From assembly GCF_051810745.1 (NCBI RefSeq), contig NZ_JBPWQX010000004.1: a stretch of DNA of 64,000 bases; one strand, given 5' to 3'. This stretch comes from Rhizobium sp. F40D2. Its GTDB lineage: Bacteria; Pseudomonadota; Alphaproteobacteria; Rhizobiales; Rhizobiaceae. The first letter of the stretch is position 1; every line of letters starts with the position of its first letter. The notes beneath the pieces are model-generated. The model was not told the origin of the DNA. It saw only the letters and a list, made by a program, of their open reading frames with translations, and did not search any database. Shown here in pieces: positions 8,390 through 18,108 of the stretch. The position numbers and the translations under genes are program-made.

Positions 8390-9631
8390 TCAGTCCGGCC
8401 CGCTCGCCGGGTTGTCGAGCGGGGTCAGCGGCAGCACGACGCGCACCACGGTCCCGCGATTGTTGTGGCCGGGCCCGGTCGAGAAGCGTGCCGAGATCAG
8501 CCGCGCACGAGTCTTCATATTGTCGATGCCGCCGCCGATCCGTCCCCGCGCCTTGGCAAGTCCCGTTCCGTCGTCGGAAATTTCGATCGACAGCCGTTCC
8601 TCGTCGGCCTCGAGCCGCACCGTCACGGCCAGCGGGGCGGCGTGGCGCACCGCATTGTTGATCGCCTCCTGCGCGATCCGGAACAGCGCGACGCTGACGG
8701 TCGGTTCAAGCCGCTCCAATGCGCCGTGCGTTTCGTCGACCAGACCCCATTCGATGGCCGATCCCGTGTCGCGGGTCGATCGGTCGAGATGATGCTCGAT
8801 CGCCTGCGCGAGACCGAAGAGCTGGAGGACCGAGGGTTTTGCCTGTTCGATGATCTGCCGCAGATCCTGCATGCAATGCTGCAGCGAACGCGATACCGGC
8901 TCCAGCGCCTCCGGCGTCACCTCGCCGTTGCGCGACAGTCGATCGATCCGGCGGGCGAGCCGCGTCAGGTCGGCAAGCGTCTGGTCGTGCAGGTCCATGC
9001 CGATCCGCTGGCGTTCCTGCTCTAGTGCCTCGGTCAGCTTCAGCGCGCCCTGCCGCAGCCCCTCCTCGCGGGCGCGGGCCTCGGCCTCGACGATGGCCGA
9101 GCGTTGCGCCTGCTCGGCAGCCTGCAGCGCGAAGAAATAGGGCGTCAGCAGGTCGGCGATAATGCGGGCGCGTTCGATATCCTCCATCGTGTAGGCGCTC
9201 GCCGTTCGCGATGAACAGGAGAGCGCGGCGATGATCGTGCCCTGCACCTTCATCGGCACATGCAGGCGGCTCCTCAGCGACTCTTCGACGATTGGCCGCT
9301 TGAACGCGCCCTCGAAATGGAAACGCGGGTCCGTCATGGCGTCTTCCGCCAGCAGAAAGTCGACCTCGCCCCAGAGCAGCGAACGGATCGGGCTGTTGAC
9401 CACCGGCGCGCCGGCAAGATCGCCCCAGGCGGTTTCGATGCCCGTCTCGTAGGCCGTGTGGTAGTTGCCGCCCTCCAGGAGCACGCAGACATCGAGATGG
9501 TCGTGCGGAATGATATGGGCGACCTCGGCTGCAACCGAACGGATGGCCGAGCGGAAGTCGAGCTGGCCCGCGAGCAGCCGGGAAATACCGAGATAGTGGT
9601 CGAACATCGCTGCGGGTGTGAGATGCAGCAT
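8390..9631 (-). CDS. GAF-domain sensor histidine kinase (HisKA_3/NarX-like dimerisation + HATPase_c)
   Basis: H-box LHDQTLADL with a C-terminal G-box (DDGTGL). ATG at 9631 follows GGAGGAA. The track start 9667 lies upstream in-frame. Confidence 0.75.
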   Translation of the reverse strand: MLHLTPAAMFDHYLGISRLLAGQLDFRSAIRSVAAEVAHIIPHDHLDVCVLLEGGNYHTAYETGIETAWGDLAGAPVVNSPIRSLLWGEVDFLLAEDAMTDPRFHFEGAFKRPIVEESLRSRLHVPMKVQGTIIAALSCSSRTASAYTMEDIERARIIADLLTPYFFALQAAEQAQRSAIVEAEARAREEGLRQGALKLTEALEQERQRIGMDLHDQTLADLTRLARRIDRLSRNGEVTPEALEPVSRSLQHCMQDLRQIIEQAKPSVLQLFGLAQAIEHHLDRSTRDTGSAIEWGLVDETHGALERLEPTVSVALFRIAQEAINNAVRHAAPLAVTVRLEADEERLSIEISDDGTGLAKARGRIGGGIDNMKTRARLISARFSTGPGHNNRGTVVRVVLPLTPLDNPASGPD

Positions 9632-9911
9632 TGTAGTTCCTCCCCGAGACGGCAGCAGGCTCCTCAACCCGCCGCGATCCCTTCGCAGTAAGCGCCCGCG
9701 GAAGCGCCGCCGTCTTGCGTAAACCCGCAGCTAATTGCGCAAAACCCGCAAACGACTTGCTGCCTTGCCCCTGTACAGGCTGATCGATCTCCCGCATCCT
9801 GCCCTTACTGAGAGGAGGAAGCTCAGTGCAAGAACAATTTTCACTCGGGCTCCGATTGGGCAGGCAGAGTGAAGCGATCCGCCGACCGGCGCGATCATCA
9901 GGGAGGAAGTC

Positions 9912-10928
9912 ATGACAATCCGCAAGATGCTTCTGGCATCGGCCGCTATTGCCTGCGCCGCGATGCCCGTTTCCGCCTTTGCCGACACGTCGGCCAAGAA
10001 AATCGCTCTTTCCAACAACTATGCTGGCAACTCATGGCGCCAGGCCATGCTGACGAGCTGGGGAAAGGTGACGGGTGAAGCCGTGAAGGCCGGCACAGTT
10101 GCCGCAGCCGACCCTTTCACCACCGCCGAGAACCAGGCGACGGAGCAGGCCGCGCAGATCCAGAACATGATCCTGCAGGGCTATGACGCCATCGTGCTGA
10201 ACGCCGCCTCGCCGACGGCGCTGAACGGCGCGGTCAAGGAAGCCTGCGACGCCGGCATAACCGTCGTCTCCTTCGACGGCATCGTCACCGAGCCCTGCGC
10301 CTGGCGCATCGCCGTCGATTTCAAGGAAATGGGCCGCAGCCAGGTGGAATACCTGTCGAAGAAACTTCCGGCGGGCGGCAACCTGCTTGAGATCCGCGGC
10401 CTCGCCGGTGTCTTCGTCGACGACGAGATCTCGGCGGGCATCCACGACGGCGCCAAACAGTTCCCGCAGTTCAAGATTGTCGGCTCCGTTCATGGAGACT
10501 GGGCGCAGGACGTGGCGCAGAAGGCGGTTGCCGGTATCCTGCCGAGCCTGCCCGACATCGCCGGCGTGGTGACGCAGGGCGGCGACGGTTATGGCGCTGC
10601 GCAGGCGATTGCGGCGACCGACCGGAAAATGCCGGTCATCATCATGGGCAATCGCGAAGATGAACTGAAATGGTGGAAGGAACAGAAGGACGCCAAGGGC
10701 TACGAGACCATGTCCGTCTCCATCGCACCTGGCGTTTCGACGCTCGCCTTCTGGGTCGCTCAGCAGATCCTCGACGGCAAAGAGGTCAAGAAGGACCTCG
10801 TGGTGCCCTTCCTGCGCATCGACCAGGACAATCTCGAAACGAACCTCGCCAATACCCAGGCCGGCGGCGTCGCCAACGTGGAATATACCCAGGCTGATGC
10901 AATCAAGGTCATCGAGCAGGCAAAGTAA
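9912..10928 (+). CDS. sugar ABC transporter periplasmic substrate-binding protein (ribose/LacI-type PBP fold)
   Basis: Signal peptide MTIRKMLLASAAIACAAMPVSAFA. GGGAGGAAG precedes the start. Confidence 0.75.
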   Translation: MTIRKMLLASAAIACAAMPVSAFADTSAKKIALSNNYAGNSWRQAMLTSWGKVTGEAVKAGTVAAADPFTTAENQATEQAAQIQNMILQGYDAIVLNAASPTALNGAVKEACDAGITVVSFDGIVTEPCAWRIAVDFKEMGRSQVEYLSKKLPAGGNLLEIRGLAGVFVDDEISAGIHDGAKQFPQFKIVGSVHGDWAQDVAQKAVAGILPSLPDIAGVVTQGGDGYGAAQAIAATDRKMPVIIMGNREDELKWWKEQKDAKGYETMSVSIAPGVSTLAFWVAQQILDGKEVKKDLVVPFLRIDQDNLETNLANTQAGGVANVEYTQADAIKVIEQAK

Positions 10929-10942
10929 ATCTCCCGGCGACT

Positions 10943-10977
10943 GCCGCGCGGCCGCACATGGCCGCGCGGCATTCTTT
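10943..10977 (+). terminator. intra-operon rho-independent-like hairpin (11-bp GC stem GCCGCGCGGCC/GGCCGCGCGGC, loop GCACAT, then ATTCTTT)
   Basis: Read directly between the binding-protein gene and the ATPase gene. This is a typical attenuator that raises binding-protein stoichiometry. Confidence 0.5.
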
Positions 10978-10988
10978 ATGAAGCAGAT

Positions 10989-12452
10989 GTGGCAGGCAGG
11001 ATGGATGAGGTTTTGAAGGCGGTGATCGCCGTCGATGGCGCCAAGGTGAGCTTCGGCGCGGTCAGGGCGCTCGACGGCGTCACGCTCCGCGTCATGCCGG
11101 GCGAATGCGTCGGGCTCGTCGGCCACAATGGCGCCGGCAAATCGACGATTGTCAGTGTGATCAATGGCGGCCTCACCCCGCACGAAGGAAGTGTGGCAAG
11201 CGACGGCGAGCGGCTGGAGCGTTATGGCATCAACGCGGCGCGGGCCCGCGGCGTGCGTTGCGTCTTCCAGGAGCTTTCGCTCTGCCCCAACCTATCCATC
11301 GTCGAGAACACCCGCATCATGCACCGTCATCTCGGCGGCTTCGGCTGGCGCAGGCGCGCGGCTGGGATCATCGAGAAGAGCCTCGATGCCGTCTTTCCCG
11401 GCCACGGAATCGACAGCGGCCGGGCCGTGGGCGATCTGTCGATCGCCGAGCGGCAGATGGTCGAGATTTCAATGGCCTTTTCCGATGCCGGCGTTGCGCC
11501 ACGCCTGGTGATCCTCGACGAACCGACCTCGTCGCTCGATGCAAGCCTTGCCCGCCAGATGCTCGACCATGTCCGCCGCTTCGTCGCCGCCGGCGGCTCC
11601 GTTATCTTCATCTCGCATATCCTGCACGAGATCCTCGAAACCTCCGACCGCATCGTCGTCATGAAGGACGGCCGCGTCGTTGCCGAGCGTCCGGCGCCGG
11701 GCTTCGATCATCACGGTCTGGTGGAAGCGATGGGCACCGTTGCGAAGGAGGAGACCGCGCAGCGCCCGGGACGCGAACAATCCACCGCTCAGCTCGTTCT
11801 GTCCCACCAGACGAAAGGCCTTCCCTTCAGCGCCCGCAAGGGAGAGATCATTGCACTGGCGGGACTGGCCGGCCACGGGCAGACCGAACTGCTGCTTGCC
11901 CTGCATGCCGCCCAATCCGGCAACTGGCTGCCTGAGCGCGATCCGCTCGTCACCTTCGTCGCCGGCGACCGCCGCCTGAACGGCGTCTTCGAACTCTGGA
12001 GCATCCTGCGCAACTTCTCGATCGCCTCGCTTGGTGACCTCACCCGGCGCGGCCTGATCCTCGCCGGCGAAGAGGAGACGAAGGGTGCCGACTGGAAGCG
12101 GCGGATCGAAATCCGCACGCCCGACATGGCCAACCGCATCCTGTCGCTGTCCGGCGGCAACCAGCAGAAGGTGCTCTTTGCCCGCGCGCTTGCAACGCGC
12201 GCGCCTGTTGTGCTGATGGACGATCCGATGCGCGGCGTCGACGTCGGGACCAAGCAGGAGGTCTACGCCATCATCCGCGAGGAAGCGGCGCGCGGCCGCA
12301 CCTTCATCTGGTACTCCACCGAAATGGACGAAGTCAGCCTCTGCGACCGCGTCTACGTCTTTCGCGAAGGCCGGATCACCGCCGAACTCGCCGGCGACGC
12401 CGTCAACGAGACGAATATCATTGCTGCGTCCTTCGAGGGGGTCACCGCATGA
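10989..12452 (+). CDS. sugar ABC transporter ATP-binding protein with two fused nucleotide-binding domains
   Basis: Walker A GHNGAGKST, and a second NBD with LSGGNQQKV. GTG at 10989 (ATG at 11001 is an alternative). Confidence 0.8.
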   Translation: MAGRMDEVLKAVIAVDGAKVSFGAVRALDGVTLRVMPGECVGLVGHNGAGKSTIVSVINGGLTPHEGSVASDGERLERYGINAARARGVRCVFQELSLCPNLSIVENTRIMHRHLGGFGWRRRAAGIIEKSLDAVFPGHGIDSGRAVGDLSIAERQMVEISMAFSDAGVAPRLVILDEPTSSLDASLARQMLDHVRRFVAAGGSVIFISHILHEILETSDRIVVMKDGRVVAERPAPGFDHHGLVEAMGTVAKEETAQRPGREQSTAQLVLSHQTKGLPFSARKGEIIALAGLAGHGQTELLLALHAAQSGNWLPERDPLVTFVAGDRRLNGVFELWSILRNFSIASLGDLTRRGLILAGEEETKGADWKRRIEIRTPDMANRILSLSGGNQQKVLFARALATRAPVVLMDDPMRGVDVGTKQEVYAIIREEAARGRTFIWYSTEMDEVSLCDRVYVFREGRITAELAGDAVNETNIIAASFEGVTA

Positions 12453-13396
12453 CGTTCCGGCTGTCGTCCGAAGCCTTGCGTCTTGCGATCCCCGCCTTAT
12501 CGTTGACGCTGCTGCTTGCCGCCGTCTTCTGGCTGCAACCGCGTGCCATGAGCTATGTCGGGCTCAACCTGCTGTTCAACCTGGCTGTGCCCATCGCGCT
12601 TGCGACGATCGCCCAGATGCTGGTGATGGCGGTCAACGATCTCGATCTGTCGATGGGCACCTTCGTCAGCTTCGTCGCCTGCGTCACCGCGACCTTTCTG
12701 CGGGATGCTCCCCTGACCGGCATCCTGATCCTTGCCGGCGCAATCGCCATCTATGCTGGCCTTGGCGTCGTCATCCATCTGCGCAACCTGCCCTCCATCG
12801 TTGTCACCCTCGGCATGAGCTTTGTCTGGGGCGGCCTTGCGGTGCTGCTGCTGCCGGCGCCGGGCGGCCAGGCGCCGGATTGGGTGCGCTGGCTGATGAC
12901 CGTCAAGCCGCCGCTGGCGCCGATGGCGATCGTGGCGAGCATCGCCATCGCCGCCGTCGCCCATCTCCTCGTCATGCGCTCTTCGCTCGGCGTGCTGATC
13001 CGCGGCATCGGCGGCAACCAACGCTCGGTCGAGCGGGCCGGCTGGTCGATCGTCGCGGCGCGCGCCGGCGCCTACGCTCTTGCCGGCCTGTTCGCGGTTC
13101 TTGCCGGCATCGCCCTCGTCGGCCTGACGACCTCGGCCGATGCCAATATCGCGCTGCGCTACACGCTGCTGTCGATCGCCGGCGTGATCCTGGGCGGCGG
13201 CGAGTTCATCGGCGGCCGCGTCTCCCCTGTCGGTGCTGTCATCGGCGCGCTGACGCTGACGCTCGCCGGCTCGTTCCTCTCCTTCCTGCGTATCTCGCCC
13301 GACTGGCAGATCGGGGCGCAAGGCGTGATCCTGATCGTCGTGCTCGCGCTCCGGCTGATGCTGAACCGGCTGGAGAAGCGGGAGAAACGCCGATGA
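12449..13396 (+). CDS. sugar ABC transporter permease (BPD_transp_2 / RbsC-like)
   Basis: 315 aa, polytopic. Its ATGA start overlaps the ATPase stop. Confidence 0.75.
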   Translation: MTFRLSSEALRLAIPALSLTLLLAAVFWLQPRAMSYVGLNLLFNLAVPIALATIAQMLVMAVNDLDLSMGTFVSFVACVTATFLRDAPLTGILILAGAIAIYAGLGVVIHLRNLPSIVVTLGMSFVWGGLAVLLLPAPGGQAPDWVRWLMTVKPPLAPMAIVASIAIAAVAHLLVMRSSLGVLIRGIGGNQRSVERAGWSIVAARAGAYALAGLFAVLAGIALVGLTTSADANIALRYTLLSIAGVILGGGEFIGGRVSPVGAVIGALTLTLAGSFLSFLRISPDWQIGAQGVILIVVLALRLMLNRLEKREKRR

Positions 13397-14343
13397 CCCT
13401 CGTCCTTCGTCTTTTCAGCAAACCGTGGATCTGGTCTTGGCTTGCCGCCCTCACCGTCTGGTTCCTGACGATCATGGTTACGTTCGGGGCGAGCACGCTC
13501 GGCCTGTCGCAGGCAGCCCTCACCTTCGCCGCCTTCTCGGTCATCGTCGGCATCGGCCAGATGTTCGTCATCACCCTCGGTCCCGGTAACATCGACCTCT
13601 CGGTTCCCGCCACCATGACGCTTGCCGGCACCGTGGCGTTGAAGCTGATGAACGTCGAAAACGGCATGATCCTGCCCGGTCTTCTTCTTGCCGTCGTCCT
13701 CGGCCTTGCCGTCGGCCTCGGCAATTATGCGCTGATCAAGGCGCTGCGCATTCCGCCGATCATCGCCACGCTTTCGATGAGCTTCATCGTCCAGTCCGCC
13801 GCGATCTGGACGAACCGGGGATTGCGCATCAAGCCTCCGGGCATGCTGGCGGAATTCACCACCTCGAACACGCTCGGCGTGCCGAATGTGGCGATCGTCG
13901 CGCTCTTGATCTCGCTGCTTGCCTGGTTCTTGCTCGAGAAGACGATCTACGGGCGCTGGATCTCGGCGATCGGCCAGAGCATGCCGGCGGCGCGCATGGC
14001 GGGCATACCGGTCGACGGTACGCGCTTCGTCACCTACCTGTTCTGCGCCGTGCTTGCCTCGGTCGCAGGTTATCTGCTCGCCTGTTTCTCCGGTGGCGCG
14101 GCGCTCAACATGGGCTCGGAATATCTCCTGATGTCGATCGCCGTCGTCGTGATCGGCGGCACGGCGGTCGCCGGCGGCGATTCCAACGTGCCGGGCATCT
14201 GGGGCGCATCGCTCTTCATGTTCCTGGTCGTCTCCATGCTCAACACCTACGGGGTCGGCGCGGGCATCCGCCTCATCATGACCGGCCTCATCATCATCAG
14301 CGTCATCATGCTCGCCGGCGGCCGCCGGGCCGGCATGCGATAA
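13393..14343 (+). CDS. sugar ABC transporter permease, second subunit
   Basis: ATG at 13393 overlaps the upstream TGA. The track merges it into the long ORF 12421..14343. Confidence 0.7.
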   Translation: MTLVLRLFSKPWIWSWLAALTVWFLTIMVTFGASTLGLSQAALTFAAFSVIVGIGQMFVITLGPGNIDLSVPATMTLAGTVALKLMNVENGMILPGLLLAVVLGLAVGLGNYALIKALRIPPIIATLSMSFIVQSAAIWTNRGLRIKPPGMLAEFTTSNTLGVPNVAIVALLISLLAWFLLEKTIYGRWISAIGQSMPAARMAGIPVDGTRFVTYLFCAVLASVAGYLLACFSGGAALNMGSEYLLMSIAVVVIGGTAVAGGDSNVPGIWGASLFMFLVVSMLNTYGVGAGIRLIMTGLIIISVIMLAGGRRAGMR

Positions 14344-14357
14344 ATGGAAAGACCGCC

Positions 14358-15272
14358 ATGGCCGAGGCCAGCATCTACGAAATCCATGACCCGCGCTTCC
14401 GGCAACTGATCGTGACGAGCGCCACTCTCGACGAACTCTATTCCGGCTGCCGCTGGGCCGAAGGTCCCGTCTGGTTCAACGATGCGAACCAGCTGCTGTG
14501 GAGCGACATTCCCAATCAGCGCATGCTGCGGTGGACGCCGGAGAGCGGCGTCTCCGTCTATCGCCAACCCTCCAATTTTGCCAACGGCCATACGCGCGAC
14601 CGGCAGGGACGGCTGATCTCCTGCGAACACGGGATGCGCCGCGTCACGCGCACCGAGGTCGACGGCTCGATCACCGTGCTCGCCGACCGGTTCGAAGGCG
14701 TCAGGCTCAATTCGCCGAACGACGTGGTGGTGAAATCCGACGGCACGATCTGGTTCACCGACCCCACCTACGGCATCATGTCGGATTATGAAGGCTATCG
14801 CGCCATGCCGGAGCAGCCGACCCGCAACGTCTACCGGGTCGATCCGGAGACCGGGGGGCTTGCGGCTGTCGTCACCGATTTCATCCAGCCGAACGGCCTT
14901 GCCTTCTCCCCCGACGAGACAGTTCTTTACGTGGCGGATTCGGCGGCAAGCCATGATGAAAGCCTGCCGCGCCATATAAGAGCTTTCGACGTGGTCGACG
15001 GCCTCAGGCTTGAAAACGGCCGGGTCTTCTGCCTGATCGACAGCGGCATTCCGGACGGCATCCGCACCGACGTGAGCGGAAACCTCTGGTCGAGCGCTGG
15101 TGATGGCGTGCATTGCTTCGATCCGGCCGGCAAACTGATCGGCAAAATCCGCGTGCCGCAAACCGTCGCCAACCTCACCTTCGGCGGGCCGAGGCGCAAC
15201 CGGCTGTTCATTGCGGCAACGCGTTCCGTCTATTCGGTCTATGTCGCCGTCAGCGGTGCTCAGATGCCGTGA
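14358..15272 (+). CDS. SMP-30/gluconolactonase/LRE-like lactonase
   Basis: 304 aa with beta-propeller lactonase motifs (EGPVW, SNGLAFSPDE, PDGIRTD). Confidence 0.75.
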   Translation: MAEASIYEIHDPRFRQLIVTSATLDELYSGCRWAEGPVWFNDANQLLWSDIPNQRMLRWTPESGVSVYRQPSNFANGHTRDRQGRLISCEHGMRRVTRTEVDGSITVLADRFEGVRLNSPNDVVVKSDGTIWFTDPTYGIMSDYEGYRAMPEQPTRNVYRVDPETGGLAAVVTDFIQPNGLAFSPDETVLYVADSAASHDESLPRHIRAFDVVDGLRLENGRVFCLIDSGIPDGIRTDVSGNLWSSAGDGVHCFDPAGKLIGKIRVPQTVANLTFGGPRRNRLFIAATRSVYSVYVAVSGAQMP

Positions 15273-15283
15273 GAGCGTGATCG

Positions 15284-15475
15284 TCAGTGCTTGACGTTCC
15301 GATCGCCGCGATCGCCCTCCCCCGACTTGGCTTTGGTCTTCGCCGTTTGCCGACGGTCGGCTGACAGCGAGCGGCTGACGTCATCGCTTTCCTTGAATTG
15401 CCCCTGTTCATTGCGGCGGACGTAGCGTTTGTCGGTGCCGGTATCGACGAGTTCGCGCTTGGTCATGTCGTTCAT
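15284..15475 (-). CDS. small hydrophilic Lys/Arg/Asp-rich protein (63 aa), function unknown
   Basis: ATG ORF MNDMTKRELVDTGTDKRYVRRNEQGQFKESDD... of low complexity. It lies divergent from the ligase gene. Confidence 0.35.
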   Translation of the reverse strand: MNDMTKRELVDTGTDKRYVRRNEQGQFKESDDVSRSLSADRRQTAKTKAKSGEGDRGDRNVKH

Positions 15476-15725
15476 CCCTGTGGTTGCAGTCTCAGTTGAA
15501 CGCGTGTCGCGGCAAAAAGATGCATGGAATCAAGAGTATCTCGCGGTCGGCAAGACGGGCCGGCGCATGTGTCGCAAGCCTTTGAATTTGATTCGTTTCG
15601 ACGCGGAACAATCCGCGGGCCGATCGGGTTGACTCGCACTGCTTGCGTCAGGAGTATGATGACATGGCTCCCGCGCAAGCGGGAACGGCGACATCGTTTG
15701 GAGAAGGGAAGGACAGACAACGATC

Positions 15726-16778
15726 ATGACGCGCTCGCGCCTCCCCTCATTGCCATTCCTCAACGAGTCCAACGCGACGCTGCAGTCTCGTCCGATCCGC
15801 AAGCGCGATCCCGACCAGCCAAGCCTTCCGTTCGATCCAATGCCGGCGAGGGTCGAGCCGTGCCTCGCGCTACTGAAGCCCCGCGTGCCGATCGGGCCGG
15901 ATTGGCTCTACGAGGCGAAGTGGGATGGCTACCGGCTAGCAATCCACATCGAGCCGAAGGGCGTTCGTGTCATCACCCGCGGCGGCCATGACTGGACGCA
16001 TCGTTTTCCCACCATCGCCGCGGCCGCCAAAGAACTTGGCGTGACCACCGCCATACTGGACGGGGAAGCGGTGGTTCTGGACGATCACGGCCGGTCGGAT
16101 TTTGGCGCGTTGCAACGTTCGCTCGGCGGTCGAGGCGGCAAGCGGGCCTCGAGCGAGTCCATTCTCTACGCCTTCGACCTTTTGTATCTTGACGGGCATG
16201 ACCTCACCGGCACCGAGCTCGCCGTGCGCCGCCACCTTCTTGAAGACCTGATACCGGAGGGCAAGGGGACGATCCGCTTTTCCGAAGAAATAGACCTGCC
16301 GGCCGAGGACCTCCTCGAGCACGCCTGCCACCATCATATGGAAGGCATCATCGCCAAACATCGCGACCGGCCCTACAGCAGTGGCCGCACGGGTGACTGG
16401 CTGAAGATCAAGTGCGTTGAGAGCGAGAGCTTCATGATCGTCGGTTACGAACAATCGGCATCCGCCCGCGGCGGCATCGGCAGTCTGCTGCTCGCCGGCA
16501 AGAAGGGTTTTGACTGGATTTCCGTGGGATCGGTCGGAACCGGTTTCAGCGCCAGCGATGCAGAGCACCTGAAAAAGACGCTCGACCGGTTGAAGACGAG
16601 CCGGCCGGTCGTTCCCCTGAAGGGCAAGCGATACGTCTTCGTGCAGCCGACCCTCATCGCCGAGATCGAGTTTCGCGGCTGGACCGATGACGGCAGTCTC
16701 CGTCACGCCTCGTATAAGGGGCTGCGCGAGGTGCAGGACAATGCCGCCGTGTTCGATATGACCGGCTTCGGCCGTTGA
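15726..16778 (+). CDS. stand-alone ATP-dependent DNA ligase (LigC-like, adenylation + OB domains only)
   Basis: Motif I EAKWDGYR (KxDG) plus ligase motifs III, IV and V. There are no PE or Pol domains. ATG at 15840 is an alternative start. Confidence 0.75.
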   Translation: MTRSRLPSLPFLNESNATLQSRPIRKRDPDQPSLPFDPMPARVEPCLALLKPRVPIGPDWLYEAKWDGYRLAIHIEPKGVRVITRGGHDWTHRFPTIAAAAKELGVTTAILDGEAVVLDDHGRSDFGALQRSLGGRGGKRASSESILYAFDLLYLDGHDLTGTELAVRRHLLEDLIPEGKGTIRFSEEIDLPAEDLLEHACHHHMEGIIAKHRDRPYSSGRTGDWLKIKCVESESFMIVGYEQSASARGGIGSLLLAGKKGFDWISVGSVGTGFSASDAEHLKKTLDRLKTSRPVVPLKGKRYVFVQPTLIAEIEFRGWTDDGSLRHASYKGLREVQDNAAVFDMTGFGR

Positions 16779-16846
16779 GGGTCACGAGCGCCCGTGGTCC
16801 CCGTGGGAAGCTCCACGTCCGAAACGGCAGCCGGGCGGAAGCAGCC

Positions 16847-18037
16847 TCAGACGTCGTCCTGGAGGTAGCGTTCGGCGAGCCTTGCCCACATTGCCGCGCC
16901 AACCGTCAGGCTGGCATCGGCGAAGTCGTATTTGGCGCTATGCAGCATGGCGGAATTCATCCCATTTCCGAGACGCAGGAAGCTGCCCGGCTTATGCTCG
17001 AGAAAGTGTGAAAAATCCTCGCTGCCGGGAATGAGCGGGCAAGTCGCGACCTTGTCTTCGCCGATCAGTTCAACCGCGACGATCCGGGCAAAATCCGTCT
17101 CAACAGGCGAATTGACGACGACAGGATTACCGCGATCGTAATCGATCTCGATGGAAGCATTGTGGCCTTCGGCCACTGAGCGGGCCAGCTTAGTGATGCG
17201 CTCCTGCAGAAGATCGCGGATGCGCGGCTCGAAAGATCGAACGCTCAATGCGAGCTTGGCATATTCCGGAATGACGTTGACCGCATCGCCGGCATGGATC
17301 GTGCCGACGGTAATGACCGCCGTCTGGGTCGGATCGAGGTTGCGCGAGATGATTGTCTGCAGCGAGACGACGAGGTTGCATGCCACGACCACGGGATCGA
17401 TGGTCAGGTGCGGGCGCGAGGCATGGCCGCCTTTGCCCTTGATGGTGATATTGACGGTATCCGATGCCGCCATCATCGGGCCGGATCGCAGCAGAAGGGT
17501 GCCTTCGGGAGCGCCGGGATGGTTGTGCAGACCAAAGATTGCATCGAACGGAAACCGCTCGAACAGGCCGTCTGCGATCATCGCCTGGGCACCACTATTC
17601 TTGCCCGCCTCTTCCGCCGGTTGGAAGATCAGCGTCACCGTGCCGCTGAAGCGGCGGGTGCGGGCGAGATATTCGGCTGCGCCGAGCAGGACGGTCGTGT
17701 GGCCGTCATGGCCGCAGGCATGCATCTTGCCGGGGGTGCCGCTTGCATAGGTAAGCCCGGTTGCCTCGACGATCGGCAAAGCATCCATATCGGCGCGGAT
17801 GGCGATACCCTTGCCACCCTTGCCTGCGCTGAGCCGCGCGACAACGCCATGGCCCCCGATATTGCGGCTTACGTCATAACCCCAGCCTTCCAGCTTTTCT
17901 GCGACAAAACGCGCCGTTTCCGCTTCTTCGAAGGAGAGTTCCGGACGCGAGTGCAGGTACTGGCGGGTCGCCTTCAGCTCCGCCTCCATGACTTCGAAAT
18001 CGGAAACGCGGGCATAGGCATTATCGAGCATGGGCAT
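16847..18037 (-). CDS. M20D-family amidohydrolase (hippurate hydrolase / N-acyl-L-amino-acid amidohydrolase-like)
   Basis: 396 aa, with HACGHDGH and other M20 metal-binding motifs. Confidence 0.8.
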   Translation of the reverse strand: MPMLDNAYARVSDFEVMEAELKATRQYLHSRPELSFEEAETARFVAEKLEGWGYDVSRNIGGHGVVARLSAGKGGKGIAIRADMDALPIVEATGLTYASGTPGKMHACGHDGHTTVLLGAAEYLARTRRFSGTVTLIFQPAEEAGKNSGAQAMIADGLFERFPFDAIFGLHNHPGAPEGTLLLRSGPMMAASDTVNITIKGKGGHASRPHLTIDPVVVACNLVVSLQTIISRNLDPTQTAVITVGTIHAGDAVNVIPEYAKLALSVRSFEPRIRDLLQERITKLARSVAEGHNASIEIDYDRGNPVVVNSPVETDFARIVAVELIGEDKVATCPLIPGSEDFSHFLEHKPGSFLRLGNGMNSAMLHSAKYDFADASLTVGAAMWARLAERYLQDDV

Positions 18038-18108
18038 GAAGACATCCAGTCTTGATCGAAAGATCCATTGCTCCGGCCCGGCGGGCCGAAGGAGCTTAGT
18101 GATGCCCG

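Noticed and set aside
7621-9797. ORFs 7621..8661(+) and 8706..9797(-) overlapping the response-regulator and histidine-kinase genes
   Set aside because: They are alternative-frame or antisense artefacts. The RR and HK frames carry the REC, HTH, H-box and G-box motifs.
10032-13321. Long minus-strand ORFs 10032..11183 and 12497..13321 antisense to the sugar ABC binding-protein and permease genes
   Set aside because: The sense strand has a signal peptide and ABC motifs. The antisense frames are low-complexity.
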